Assembly (NCBI GenBank): GCA_000708835.1
Contig: DF236984.1
Span: 228,384-292,383, forward strand
DNA: 64,000 nt
From: Klebsormidium nitens
Taxonomy: Eukaryota; Plantae; Klebsormidiophyceae
Direction: 5' to 3'
Part shown: one piece after another, positions 12,606-24,928 of the stretch
Layout of the letters: the number at the start of each line of letters is the position of its first letter
Numbering within the stretch: position 1 is the stretch's first letter
Notes under the pieces: generated by a model
Seen by the model: the letters and a program-made list of their open reading frames with translations, nothing else
Databases searched by the model: none
What the model was told of the DNA's origin: nothing
Position numbers and translations under genes: made by a program

Positions 12606-13766
12606 TACCCCGACCAATCAAACAGGAATCAAACTGAAAACCCCAACCTTAATAATCACGCACTCCGCACCCCAACCCACCCTAACCACCAGACTAACCC
12701 CACCTGTCCCCCGGGTGTCACACGGCCGTTAGGTACCATAGGTCCAGAGTGATTGTCAGGGTACCTATCCGGACTTGTTGTAGGTACTAGGTTTGTACCG
12801 TCTCTATCATACATGTGCATTGTGGAGTCTGGACTCTGGGCCTCTGGAGTCTGGACTCTGGAGGCGGACGGACACCGCAAAATTGCTCAGTGCTGAGTGT
12901 ACATACCGGTACATACAGCCCTGCAGTACGTAGCTAGTGCGCAGTGTGCACTTTTGAGGTTGGAAATTGTGGGGTCGTACCGGCGGAGCAATGATGATGA
13001 CGTAAAGCAAGGGTTTAATTGAAGATGCGAGTCTGCCAGCTGGTGCCGTACCGTTTAATACAGACCCGAAATATGTGGTTCTGATGCAGTCGACGGGCAG
13101 TCGACATACCTATCACAGGCTGTGGGCGGAATCGGGCGTACCGGTAGAAGTTGGCCCCTGGGCAGTGGGTAGGTACCTACAAGGTAGGTACGGTAGCTAG
13201 TCCTAGTATCCTAGAGGCTAGTAGCCTCAATGCAACGCTCAAGCCTCAGCCCCGCTCCGACTCCCGAGTCATGATAGGTACGTGTTGCTGCTTGTGGTTC
13301 TGATGCATTTGGCCATTTAGCATAGCTAATCATGGTGTGCACTGTGGGCATCTCGCTGCTTCGGGTCTCAAAAGACGACACGTACCTAAAGTTCCTAGCA
13401 CGGTTCCAGGTGCGGTCTGCGCTCACGAGTCAGAGGTCAAATTCAACGTCATCTCGGTCACAGGTACCCCTACGTGCATTACATCACCCTAATATATATG
13501 GGTACGTAGGTAGTACAAGGGCCCATGAGGGGCCCTCATCGGCCACGGGCCGACGTCAGCTCAGTCATCCACGCCACAAAATCCGCACGTTGTGACGTGG
13601 CCGCTTCGAATGATGCGCATTTCCACATGACGCTCAATGAGTGCCAGGCTGACTAGGTACACTGATAGCGAGACTTGGAGTTTAACCTACTGACTGCAGC
13701 TGTGGCCTTGCATTGCTGGGATTCCGGAATCCGAACCCATCAGTCGACCAGTTCATCAAGAGGGCC

Positions 13767-13773
13767 TATAAAA
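13767..13773 (+). promoter_or_regulatory. TATA box of UVI-1-like copy A
   Basis: TATAAAA is followed by a CT-rich 5'UTR exon and a GT donor near 13923-13928. The same layout occurs in copy B. Confidence 0.6.
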
Positions 13774-14682
13774 GGCATTGCCAACAGGCAGAGAGCATCA
13801 TTCATCACATTCTCTTTCGCTCACTTCGCTTCTCTCTCAGTTCTCCAGCTTTTGCCAACGCGCCACCAAACGAGGACTCCTCCCTCCAACTTGCCTTCGT
13901 CCGTCTGCCTCCTTAAAAACAGTAAGGTGAGTCAGCCAGTCCCCCACTCAGCTGGCATCGTCGCCTTTCTGGTTCTCCACTTTGCTCTGCGCCATTAGAA
14001 GGGTTGCGCCGATTGGTTTGGACGTGATTGCGAGGAGAGCCTCTCTCTAGGCTTTTGCTTTGTGTCAAGCAGAGAGTGCATTGGTGCGCTAATGATGCCC
14101 CACTCTGTGAGTCTGGCTTTGTCAATAAAGGAAACTTTACTCTGATAGGAGGATAAAGCATTCTGCGGGAGCTCATGTTTATTTGCTGTTAACGCTCGTT
14201 GACTATTCTGCACAGATTGAGTCAGAAACTGATCTGCTTCTGCATAGATTCGAAGTGGGTGGTACTAGTCTGGGCGGTTCTTGAATCTATACAGTTGTCG
14301 CCAAGGCCACCTTACTTAACCCACCAACTTAAAGCTAGCTCTTCTATTTGAACCTGCCAGAGTCCTGCAGAGCGGTATCTGGTTGTTTCCCATAGGTCGT
14401 TTGAAGAGTGCTCTTCTGATAACTGTAATGTCCTGGGACCCTTACCAGATGTTTTAAGCACCAAAGCTGGACTGCGCACGGCTCTTAAGTTAGGTCTTGG
14501 TAGCACCTCAGTTAGCCACCAACTTGCAGAGAACCATTTGGGTCACTTCAGCTCTGCTTTTCCGGGGCTTCCGATCTAAACCCAATCCAGGAAAACAAGA
14601 CATGAAGGAGCTGAGCTCTAGCTTTCTCTCTTGACCAACTGTGCTTTCTCTTGACAGCTGTCCTTCTTTGATTCCCCTGCAG

Positions 14683-15918
14683 ATGGCCCGCTCCCTGCTC
14701 GCCCTGACTGCCCTCTTGGCCCTCGCCAGCTGCATCGCCACCTCCGAGGCGCAAACGATCACTGCACCCACGGTCGTTGGCTGGCTCAAGAACATCACCA
14801 CACAGTCGCCGCAGCAGCTGCAGTCCAGTGCGAACCAGATTACCTTGCTCAGCGGCCCTCTGATCATCATTGGCCAGGGCCCCTTCCCTCCGATTATTAG
14901 GGGCTTCACCAGCATCGTGACGACCGGCACTAGCGCCAATGCGAGTATGCAGTTCTCTACGCTTCTTGCTTGCTTGGTGTGCCTGAGAAACCAACCAGAA
15001 GGGCCGCCTTTCCAGCCCTTGTGAAGGCTTGGCCTGGCAAGGCTTATGACCTTGTGTCTTTGAAATCAATCGCTTGCGTCTGCGTGTACGGTTGTTGCCT
15101 TTGACACTCACGTTCCCTCACTTCCAGTCATTCGACCATATTGAGGCCTGAGTTGAATGAAAGCCTTGTTGGGAGGTGAGTCTGAAGCAGGACCGAAAAG
15201 TTGTGACGTCACTTCTTATGCTGTGGTTGCAAACTGGACGAGCCTCAACAAATGTTGAAGCATTTGAGCTAGGCTACTTGCAGCACACATCTACTGTGCA
15301 AGACTCTTGGATCGAACTCGCGTTCTTCGCGTTACACCGGCCAGGGGTTAGAGGACATTCCAAGGGTCGCAAACCTTTCTGTTTTCTGCTTGCCCTTTAG
15401 CGTCTTTGTTGGGTCGACCAATACCGAACCATGCACTCGAGGCGCTTTGGTTAACCCCTCGACCTCATAATCTACTTTGCCAATCTGCAGACACAGCTTT
15501 AGTACCCGACAACCCAGTTCCACTAACCGCCCCGCCTCTTTCCGCTGCGCAGACCTAGCTCAACGGCGGCACCGTGGGCCCTTTCTCCCCTGCCGACCAG
15601 ACGGCCATCTTCAATGCGTTCCGCACCTTCGTCACAGTCCACCAGCAGCTGCTCAACATCCTCATCGGCAAATCCGGCCTCTTCCAAACTGCGCCCTTCA
15701 TTGGGCAGCCCATCTCTCAGGTGCTCCGCAGCATCGAGTCTATTGTCGACGCGCTCGCGTTCAATCTGATCGACGCGTGCCAGGCCAGGGCGGCGGACCT
15801 GACCTCTGAGAAGGACAAGCTGAAGGTAACCATCCAACTCGTCATCACCAAGTACGATGGTATCAGCGTGGCCGGCGTCCAGCCCGGCGGCCGGAAGCTG
15901 CTGAGCGTGGCGGCATAA
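14683..15918 (+). CDS. Secreted protein resembling the fungal UVI-1 family, copy A. Coding exons 14683-14940 (GC donor) and 15559 (or 15553)-15918
   Basis: Signal peptide MARSLLALTALLALASCIATSEA, then SGPLIIIGQGPFPPIIRGFTSIV and IFNAFRTFVTVHQQLLNILIGKSGLFQTAPFIGQPISQVLRSIESIVDALAFNLID, motifs I recognise from fungal UVI-1-like proteins. The upstream acceptor (15552) gives ACC TAG (stop); the acceptor 6 nt downstream keeps the frame open. Confidence 0.75.
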
Positions 15919-18310
15919 AAGCGTGCCGTTTCTAGTTTGCCAGGCTTTACAAACTTCAGGTAATAGAGGGTGAAGTAGTAGTAAAGAGTTCGTACGCATG
16001 GTCTGTAAGTTCCGTGCGAGGAAAAGCTTGCAGCTGAAAGAAAGCGAGCCTGTCAAATTCACAATGCAGTTAGAACCAGTGGGGACTGTGGAAATGTCGA
16101 AGTTGCGAATGTAAAGGCTGGGTGTGAGGCACAGAGACTAAACGCTATTGCAAGAAATAAAATTACATGTGGCGCGTAGGACTCGTGCAATTTTGATTAC
16201 TGCCTGACCGCTACTTAGGTTACTTTGCTCGCAGCTGCAACTGAACTCAGTAAAGTCGAACTTTGCGTCGTGAAACTTTTGAAAAAGAACAACTCTGAAG
16301 TACAGTGAAGTATTCAAAGTAGAACGCGCACCTTTCTGGCAGACATTAAATAAATAGCATGCATCTCGCTGTCCCATTTTATGAGACAATCTCGATCATT
16401 GTCAAAGGCTTACTAAGTCTTACTAAGTTAACTCCATAGTCTCCAATCTACCGGACATGCCTACTCAACTAAGCGTATTTCATTTATGCTAAGGCCATGG
16501 AATATGTTTCAGATCTTTCCAGTACTAAAAGCCAAAACGTGCACTATTCTATCCAGCTGCAACGTTCACATGTACCATGGCACTCCCATTTGATTTACTC
16601 CCAATATAGTATACTATTTCGTAGTACATCCTTTTCCTCATAACTTGGCAATAAACGGCCGGACCTAGTACTCACACAATTCGTCATTCTATTCATCAGT
16701 TCATCCGCTTCAGCTGGGCCCGATAAGTAAGTCTCGGCACTGTCACTCCTCGCAACAATGGTCACTGTAAATTCCACTTTAATGACGCTTTCAAGTTCGA
16801 ATTGTACAGAGAAGAACATCGCGCCAAATCTAGCTGCATGATAACTTGATAAATTTGGTTCGTATCAACTGGATCATACTACCTACTCACGCACGTCAAC
16901 AGACAATGAACCGTACAGAGTTGTAACAAAAGACAAGCCGAGCATATGTGCTGGTCAAGGATTGCATGTTAGCTTTTTATACGAGGTCAAATGTGAGCTC
17001 TACAATACGTAGACGTTTGAACCTACACGTACCCATCCAAAGACGTTCAGGCGAAAGAAAGCTCAACCCTTGAACCCGGCGCACCTCAAGTCTGTCATTC
17101 GAATCTACATTCCTCAAACGCTATATACGTTTCCGTAATTAGTTAGTACGCCTGCGAGCTACGACATCTGCTTGCAAAGCCCGCAGGCCCTGAAGAAGTT
17201 CTCGGATTCGAGTTGCGCCGCGCGGGTCCGCCGGCCTCTCGCCGCCCTCCGACGTAACGGGAATCATGATAGACTGTGTGCCAGAATGTATATATGTCCG
17301 CAAACCTAAACGGCCCGGTTTATGCAAGCGCTTGCTAGGTACAGCTGCACCTCGAGGGCTTTTGGGGGTTGAAAACTCCTCAGGTTTCAATCAAAGAAAG
17401 GCACTCTTTAGAACATCACTGCTCATATAAGCGTCAGTGAATCTTCGATGTGCGGACAGGTTAGACTCGTGTCATGCTTGGAAAAAGTACCGTCATACGT
17501 CACCGGTCGCGGGCCCCGTTTTTTAGAAGCTGCGCATGTAGTTCGTTCAGCATTTCAGCAGTTAAGCAAGCCATGGAAGCACGATTCCAAGCGGCCCCTC
17601 TTCTATCTGTTGGACAATTACTAGCCTAGTCTGATTCATACAACGCGCCGCGCACCGGTCAAGAAGACTCCTGCTTGGAGCACGCGCGCTGGCATAAGCC
17701 TTGCTCCGCGCGACTCACTTTCAGTCCTCTCGCTTTCCCTTGATCCAACACATCAAGTGCGTCGGCCTCTCATATTGGCTTGCCTCTTCCTGAAGGGAAG
17801 AGGGCATCCATACAAATCGGGGTTTTTGCCGCCGTACGGCGCCGCTCTGCGGGCCCGCCGTCGGACCTGCTTCGCTTGGCCCGTTTCGACGATAAAACTC
17901 GGCGTACGGCCTATAAATTTGTCAACATAGTTTGGCGAGATTTGTCCGACTGGGCCCGCTTGCGGCGCAGTTCGCAGCTTACGGATCGAACATTTTGGTC
18001 CGACCACTGCATGGTGCAAGTCCCGGTGTCGAGCTTCGTGCATGTTCGCGGACTTCGACGACGAAGTTTCGTGCTTGCTTGGTCGGTGGTGTTACGGCTA
18101 AACAATCCACACCGTTCAAACGAGCTTTCGACGATCGAAAGCAAAATCAGATTGTCAACCGTTGATCGGCGACATAATCAAGGAAGAGGCAAGCGTCCGC
18201 CGTCACACAGACGGCGACCCATGTAGTAATCTACACTCATCCGAATTTTCGCGTGACCGTGCATGATCCAATTCATCATAAAATGGCCGCTCACATTCAT
18301 GTGTGCTTAA

Positions 18311-18739
18311 AGGGGGCGTCGGGGTATAAAACCCAATTTCCGCCGACCAATTTTGACATCCGGCTTGGCAAATATTGGCAACTTGAATAAAGTGGCATGC
18401 AAGCGCGCTCGCCTTGAAGTCGAACTCTGCCGTGAAGCGTGGGTTCGAATCCCAAATTTTTGACATTTCAGTCTCTTTTGCCCCGTTCTTTTTGTGCCCC
18501 TTGGCAGCTGACGCAGGGTGACGTCAATGATTAGGAACCGCGGTACTTGTCGGTATGATACCTACGGCCAGCTTCCGGTCCCTGCCTGGCGCCCCAGCTT
18601 CGGTTGGTACCGCATTTGGCTGGTCCTTGAAAGGTTCCACACCGTGTTGAAATCGAGACAGATTTCAGCCGTCCGATAGATTCAACACCAGTGTTTGCAC
18701 CGTGCGATCCAAATGCACTCGTGAGTGCAGACGCCCACT
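18311..18739. mobile_element. Putative 429-bp non-autonomous DNA transposon with TTAA target-site duplication (Kolobok/piggyBac-like termini)
   Basis: TTAA|AGGGGGCGTC at 18307-18320 and GACGCCCACT|TTAA at 18730-18743 form a 10-bp TIR with 1 mismatch. The element lies in sequence with no counterpart in duplication unit B. Confidence 0.5.
18385..18465 (+). other. Degenerate tRNA-like segment (Leu/Ser-like 3' half with B-box) inside the TTAA element
   Basis: GCGTGGGTTCGAATCCCAAATTTTTGACA resembles the tRNA-Leu(CAA) 3' end GCGTGGGTTC(A/G)AATCCCACTTCTGACA. The 5' half does not fold into a convincing cloverleaf. Confidence 0.35.
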
Positions 18740-18825
18740 TTAATCAAATTGCCGCTTGATCGGATCGAAGACTATCATTCTTTTGTTCAACTGAATCTGG
18801 ATTCGCCCTACTATTACTGAACAGA

Positions 18826-21800
18826 CTATTCTCGATGTACTTGACAGTCGAACAGGAGAAACCGCCGTTCAACGAAAGCCTTATTATCCAACGTAACGGG
18901 GGGCAGCCAGCCCACTGGATGCTGCGTCGTACTGATCCCCCTCCCGTTAAAAGCGAGGTAAATCGTCTTCCCCTTGAATGTGAAAAACAAGCTAACGTTT
19001 CCCGGCCGCTGAGGCTCGCCCAGCATCCAGATCGACCGATTGTCCGCATTGAAAACGCTCCGGGGGGGGCAGGTCGTACACCGTTTTCGACGCGTGCGCG
19101 GCCCAGCCGCCTGCCTTCTCTTTAATCGTCGAAAACCGTTAGCTCGGAGATGGACCACGTGGCGGGCGACGAGCCCGTCTGACGGATCTCCAGGCAGCGC
19201 GCGCTGGCTTGAGTTTTCAACTTGAGGTCGACGAGACCGGTGAAGGAAGCGGAGACGTTGGCGGTCCCGGTTTGGGCGGTGGCGTATGGATACGTCGCGA
19301 CCAACTCCGCATACGACATGGGGCTGTGTCAACCGCTTTGACAAGAGGAATGGACATCTCTCCAAGGACATCTCTCCAAGTTAACAGCCGGCGCACGTCC
19401 GCGGACCCAAAGCAAGCAGTTGACATCTGCTAAGCAAACCCTTAGGACTTCAAGATGGTCACGAATTCGCAACTTCCGTGCATCGCGCCCTCGACGCAAA
19501 ACCTCCGCCTAATAGCGCTCTACCGGACTGCTCATGTTTGCGGGCCAAGTCTAATCTCGCTTCCTCCAATCACGAGGGCAATCCAGATCGAAGTTCAGTG
19601 GACTCTGTCTCAGACCTTAAAACTGAGCAAAGACCGAAAAATACGATGCCGAGCGACACGAGGCTCGGAATCTTCGACTTCGATGCATCTAATTCACCAT
19701 GCCTATCCTCAGCGCAATGCTTACGCAAGCGCAGTGCCGACAGATTTATCCACCTTCTACTTACACAAAAGGGACCAATTAGAACCTCCGTCGAGTCTCA
19801 AGCTTCGCTTTGGAATCGATACTTCCAGATTCCAACTTTTGATAGCGGCGACTCATGAATGGGCGCGGACTTTTCACTAAAGAAGGGGACAAGATGAGCG
19901 CCTCACGAAAGCGAGCGGAACGAGGCTCGGGTTTCCCCACGTGACGCAGTCCAGTAACGCGTACAGCATTGAGCCGCGGCAGTAGTCGAAGGGCCGCCGG
20001 GCAGGGTTCAAAAGCACCCGCGACGCCGTCTGTGCGGCTTTCATGTCAACCTGCGGGATGCACTGTTTCAGCTCATTCGTCACTTTCTGGGCGGGCGTTT
20101 TGGACGGGGGACGGGTCAGTACTCCGGCGACCACAGAGCAGGCGAGGCAATTTGAAGTAGTCGCTCAAGACATTTTTCAAGATGGAAGACAGCTCTTTCA
20201 GAGACTTGTCATTATTTGAGTGCAGGAGTACAAGCTCAACTACGAAGCCTGTCGAGGTTGCGTAAGAGGTTTCAAGGTCAAGGCGATGCGACTTTACGGC
20301 TTTCTCTCGTGTTTCGGAATTACAAGAGTTCTGACAGTGCTGGCGCTGATGGAAGTTCTGCAAATGCTGCAGACCCTGTTTCCGAGTCAAAGTCCATAGG
20401 CTCTAAGCTCAATAGCATCATAGGAAGGGCCTAGGAAAAAGAGGAGCCTTATGACCTGACTTGGGAGAGGAGAGCTTTCGACAGGTCGCTTCTGTGGATT
20501 AGATCTTAAAGGACCAGCTTAAAATGGCGACTACGACACCGCCCGCGGCACATTTCTCAACCACCTGCCAAGCTTCCGGGTTCCTCGAAGTGCAGCAACT
20601 ACAGATAAACGGGATCGACAGAAGACGAAAGCAGAGATTGATCCGAAAGGAAGGCGTAGCTTCTTACCAGGAATCGCTGGTTCGTGTGATCCTGAATGGG
20701 CGCCACGAAGTCTGTAAAGTCTTGAGGCGCCACGTTGGTGTGATCCCGTACTGTCGCGATGAGTCGGCCCCTGGTTGAGCCGATACGCACGTCGACGTGT
20801 GCGCGCTGCGAGCTGCGAAGGAGAGGAACTCAAGATTCAGAGAACTTAACACTCTCTTGTTTAGCCTTACAGGAACCAGATCGGAAACAAAAGCTTTCAG
20901 AAAGCGCTAGCAAAATCGCGCTAGTGATGTTGTCTGCTTTAAGGGCATGCGCATCCAATATCTGTTTAGATGCGGGCGTCTCCATAACGTAACTTCAAGC
21001 GAGGAACAAAAGATGACGCGGAAAGCACTCTCTTTCCTTCAGAGTACAGCCCGGTATGTCGAATGCATAAGCAGAGCCTAAAAGGGGAGACAAGAGGTAG
21101 TATAAATGTCCGAGCTTGGCATGTACCTGTATGCGGGGATGCGTATTGAATCGATGTTGAATAGGTTCCAGTTGTCGTATCGCAGCCAGTCCCCGTCGGT
21201 GACATTGTATACTTCGGTTTCGCCCCGGATAGGGTCAGCCGTTGGCCGCTCCGAAATGTATGGGCTGCTCTGCAGAAGAAGAGTCAAAATGAAGTTAGGA
21301 GGACACGGATCGGTTCTCTTCCTTCGCTGATTCTGCGACCAGAAAAAACACAAGACCTGGAATCTATTCGACGACCTTAATGATCGCCGGAAAGTCTTTT
21401 ATTGCCGATAATACCAGTAGTAAGGAATCTCCTGTCGAGAGAGCAAGATGAACTTCAAACTCTCAGGTCATCATATTTGCTCGCAATCCTCGTCAAAGTC
21501 CAAGCGGAAAACAAGAGCTGATAACGGCAAGTCGTTCATTGGCAGGCACCTTTGTGAATCAAGGGGGCATTTGGCCATTGCATACCTCGCCCTCTTCGGC
21601 TAGGAAGATCTAGGAAGCAGCAGATCCGGCTGATTGCAAACTCGCGGACAAATCCAGGAGGCTTGTTTTTCAGACCCACCTTGTCGTCGTAAATTTTCGT
21701 TTGCCATACGGACGGCATGCTCTGGGACCACCCAATGTCCGTCAGCGGCGGTGCGCCATTCAAGCCGCCGCTGCAATCAGAGTGGTTCTGAATAAAAGCC

Positions 21801-24305
21801 AGGAAACAGGCGCTTATCTTCGAAGGCAGTCGTTCATGGAACCTCAAATGGGGACCTCTGTTTTCGTTGAAAACGTGTTTGTGTGGGGCAGGGGCGACTA
21901 GCTGATAATACTACGGGTCTCGCGGAGCCGCAACCCCGCGAGCGGCGTTCCAAAGAGCGCAGAACTATACTGATCTTGCCAAATCCTCCTCAATGCTTTA
22001 AGCTTGAATCCTGGGAACACCCGGCTGAGCGCGCGCTAACCCCCTGCAAACCCTCCCGTAACCATCTCGGAGGACGAGCTCCATGACGTGAGCCCAACTC
22101 GAGCGGCCGCGACCCCGCGAGCGGCGAGAAGCACAGTGGACCTTTCAGTTCTGATTACCCTTGCTGAATCGCGCGCTAACCCCGTCGAAACTCTCCCAAA
22201 CCCACCTGGTTCATTAGGCAAACCCGACTTCGAGCGGCGTCCCGTACACCCGGAGGGGATCCCCCAATGCTTCCCTCCTGTCTTGTGCCAGGCCCGGCCC
22301 GCCCAGGCGACTCCACCGACCACATCTTTGCTCATGAGCGGGTCTGCCCAAGAGGTCGGGGTTGTGCCCCAGGCAGGTGTAGACGGAGTAGGAGCCAAAA
22401 GGCCTGCAGCCAGCCGACAGAGTCTGTCATGTATAATTGCACCAAGGGGTCCTCACTGTTGGCAACGAAGAATTATGGCCGAAAGAGGTATGCATTTTGA
22501 CCAGTCACCCCTTGGCAGAGGGATGCTACTTTGCAGATCCTTTACATTTATTGTGCAATTGTACGATCCTCCGCAGTTGGCAATCTGCGCTGCTTCGCAA
22601 TGGGATAAGATGAAAGATGGTCCTGAGGAATGGTAGCAGTCGAAAGGCTGCCTCAGCTCACACAGAGGCAAAACCTGAAGTTCCTTTTCTATGGCTGGGA
22701 TCTGTGGCTGGACTTTTGGCATACAACTCCCAAAGCAGACATCGCCAGCTGCTATGGTTTCTTTGCCGTTGGACTATAACGCTGGCGCTCAAAGCACTGC
22801 CTGACAATTAGAAATGAGAAGCCTTAGTGGTTCTCCCATTTCAATGAGGCCAACTAACTAGAGGGGGGGCCCTGCTCACCCGTGCGTTCAAGCGAAAGGC
22901 TGGCCGAACTCCGCTGCCCCGATGCTGTAACTAGGCACGTCCGCTGACTCAGCGCTGGGGGAGCCCAGAGTGTGCACTCCGGGTGTCAGGTCAAAAGGCA
23001 GCCAGTGCTCAGAGATGTTGCAGCGCTCTGGCAGCACCGTCGAGGCAGGTGGAACCTGCGTGTAAAAGTTCAACAAAATCATAGCCATAATAGGACATCA
23101 GTCTTGTCAGGTGTACGTGATTTTTGAAGCAAGTGTAAAGCAGATGCAGATGCACAATTTCAAAATCGCTTGCACAAGATTTCAAAACCGCTTGCACCAG
23201 ATTCCCAGCTGGCTGCAATTCCAAAGCATTGCGTGCGGTCCTCCGTGATTGATTGCTGAAGCAACATGGCTAGACACAATCTGCCAGCATGCCTGAAATG
23301 GGGTATAGAGGATGCGTCAGCATAGACCACTGGTGTCAGATTGTGCCTTGAAAGATCCTCACTGGCAAAGTTGCAGCGACGCACCAGTTACGCACTCCCA
23401 ACCAGAAAACTGAGCCAAATGCCCCCTTTATCCAGTTTGTGCGGCGAACAAAGAAGAAGTGGAGGACAAGGCAGCAACAGCAGAGCTAGTTTGATTAACT
23501 GGCCAACGTGAGTGATGTGGCGGCTGATAATAATGTGACCTTTTGGTGCTCATCTAGATTGGAAGTTAGCTAGACCACACCACCACCACCACCACCACCA
23601 CTTTCTGAAACTAGAATGGCATGAAGCCGGACCTGTCAATCTCTTTGTAAAAAGTGGATGTTGTTCTTGCCAGCTGGCGCCAGCTGGCAAAGCGTTCACT
23701 ATCAGCGTCAAGCTAGTACAGAAAGGAGCAGTTCGCCATAGTGCAGCGCAGCCAGGGATCCTGTAGCCAATGCCAATGCCATTTCAACCAGGTCTCCAAT
23801 GAGACATAAGCCAGAGGCACTGCCCCATCAAGCAGATTAATATGAAATTGACCACCTACCTGTCATGCACAGGTGCAGTCCTTCTATCCTTCTATGAGCT
23901 GACTTTCATTATTCCCAGCTAGAGGTCTCCCTCCTGTCAAAGTATCCAACCAATTTCAGCCGGTCATTGTCTGCGCCGCCGAATGCGCGCCAACAAAGCT
24001 GTTGCCGCCCTGAATGTAGTGGACGAAAGTCCGCTGAAGTTTGCTGCGGAGGACATTTCCACTTGTTACCAGAAAGACCATGGTGTCGTAGGCTGCCAAA
24101 CCCATTGGCTGAGCCCTGCGTTTCCAGGTTTCCAGGTGCTCAAAGCCACCTCTTTGCAGAGCTTAATTGGGGGAATCGGTCCATGCTGCTCTCCAGCTTG
24201 ACCTGTGAAGAGGAGGACTCGGAGGGGAGCTGCACCAATGCATTTGGTGCAGAATAGCATCCCTAGAAAGAGAATGTACCTAAGACAAATGGTTGGGCGC
24301 TTCAT
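18826..24305 (-). pseudogene. Pseudogenised, internally deleted copy (A) of the ThuA-GSDH-PKD-CBM6-F5/8C gene
   Basis: It has homologues of exon 1 (24305-23860), exon 2 (23055-22880), a fused exon 3/10 (22403-22206), exon 13 (21770-21680), exon 14 (21269-21127), exon 15 (20812-20668), exon 16 (20050-19907) and exon 17 (about 19304-18826). Frameshifts occur in exons 1, 2, 3 and 17. Exons 4-9 and 11-12 are missing. Confidence 0.85.
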
Positions 24306-24844
24306 CCCTGCACGGTAATTCGGTGACTGGCAGCCATCTCAGGCCCGCCAGCTTTCAACCTTCGAAGTTCGAACGTGTTCCACTGGCGCGCTTTTGATGT
24401 AGACAGGTACCGGTAGGACCTGAAGGTACTAGGTACCGTAGTACCGTCACGGTAGGTAGGAGCTATAGCTTATGGGACATGGTTGTCATGGTCAAACGGT
24501 CCGATCAGTGCCAAGTTGGATTATTCACAACAGTAAAACGGTCGGCATGTACCTACTACCTAGTAGGTAGATCAGTGTCGAAGCTTGAAGGGGCCCTCGG
24601 GCGGTGCGCCATTGGGGACCGGGCCACCGGGGTATTCTGTAGTAGCCGGCTAGATACTTAGTAAATTGTAGGTACCGGGGGGCCGCCTCGCCTCAGCCCG
24701 GGAGGTCCGGCCTGACTACTCCCGAGTCCCGACTCCCGAGTCCGAGTCCCAAGTACCGTACGTCCCTAGTACCGTACGACGACCGACAACGAGTCCGTAT
24801 AGTCCGGACTCGGGGAATCGACTACCTAGGTAGTTCAAGTTTTA

Positions 24845-24928
24845 ACTGGTTTAAAGTTGCCTGTGGAACAGGTGGCGCTCACTTGTCCGCTCGCGGCTCC
24901 ACCTGTTCCACAGGCAATCATAACCAGT
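24845..24928. repeat. Hairpin with a 19-bp perfect stem, extendable to about 30 bp
   Basis: TTGCCTGTGGAACAGGTGG (24857-24875) pairs with CCACCTGTTCCACAGGCAA (24899-24917). Outer arms are ACTGGTT/AACCAGT and the loop is 23 nt. Confidence 0.8.

Larger units (their letters stand above)
12985..24360. repeat. Segmental duplication unit A (UVI-1-like gene plus ThuA-GSDH pseudogene); paralogous to about 25075-42330
   Basis: Collinear similarity runs from ATGATGATGA...GCGAGTCTGCCA (about 12990 vs 25080) through the promoter, both genes and an intronic (CAC)n, to TTCATCCCTGC...GGTGACTGGCAGCCATC (about 24300-24340 vs 42283-42312). Boundaries are approximate. Confidence 0.85.

Noticed and set aside
14548-16062. 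Long minus-strand ORFs (187 aa, 179 aa)
   Set aside because: They are antisense shadows of the GC-rich UVI-1-like exons.
17753-18226. 148-aa ORF in the unit-A-specific insertion
   Set aside because: It has a non-ATG start and no domain motif; all frames look non-coding.
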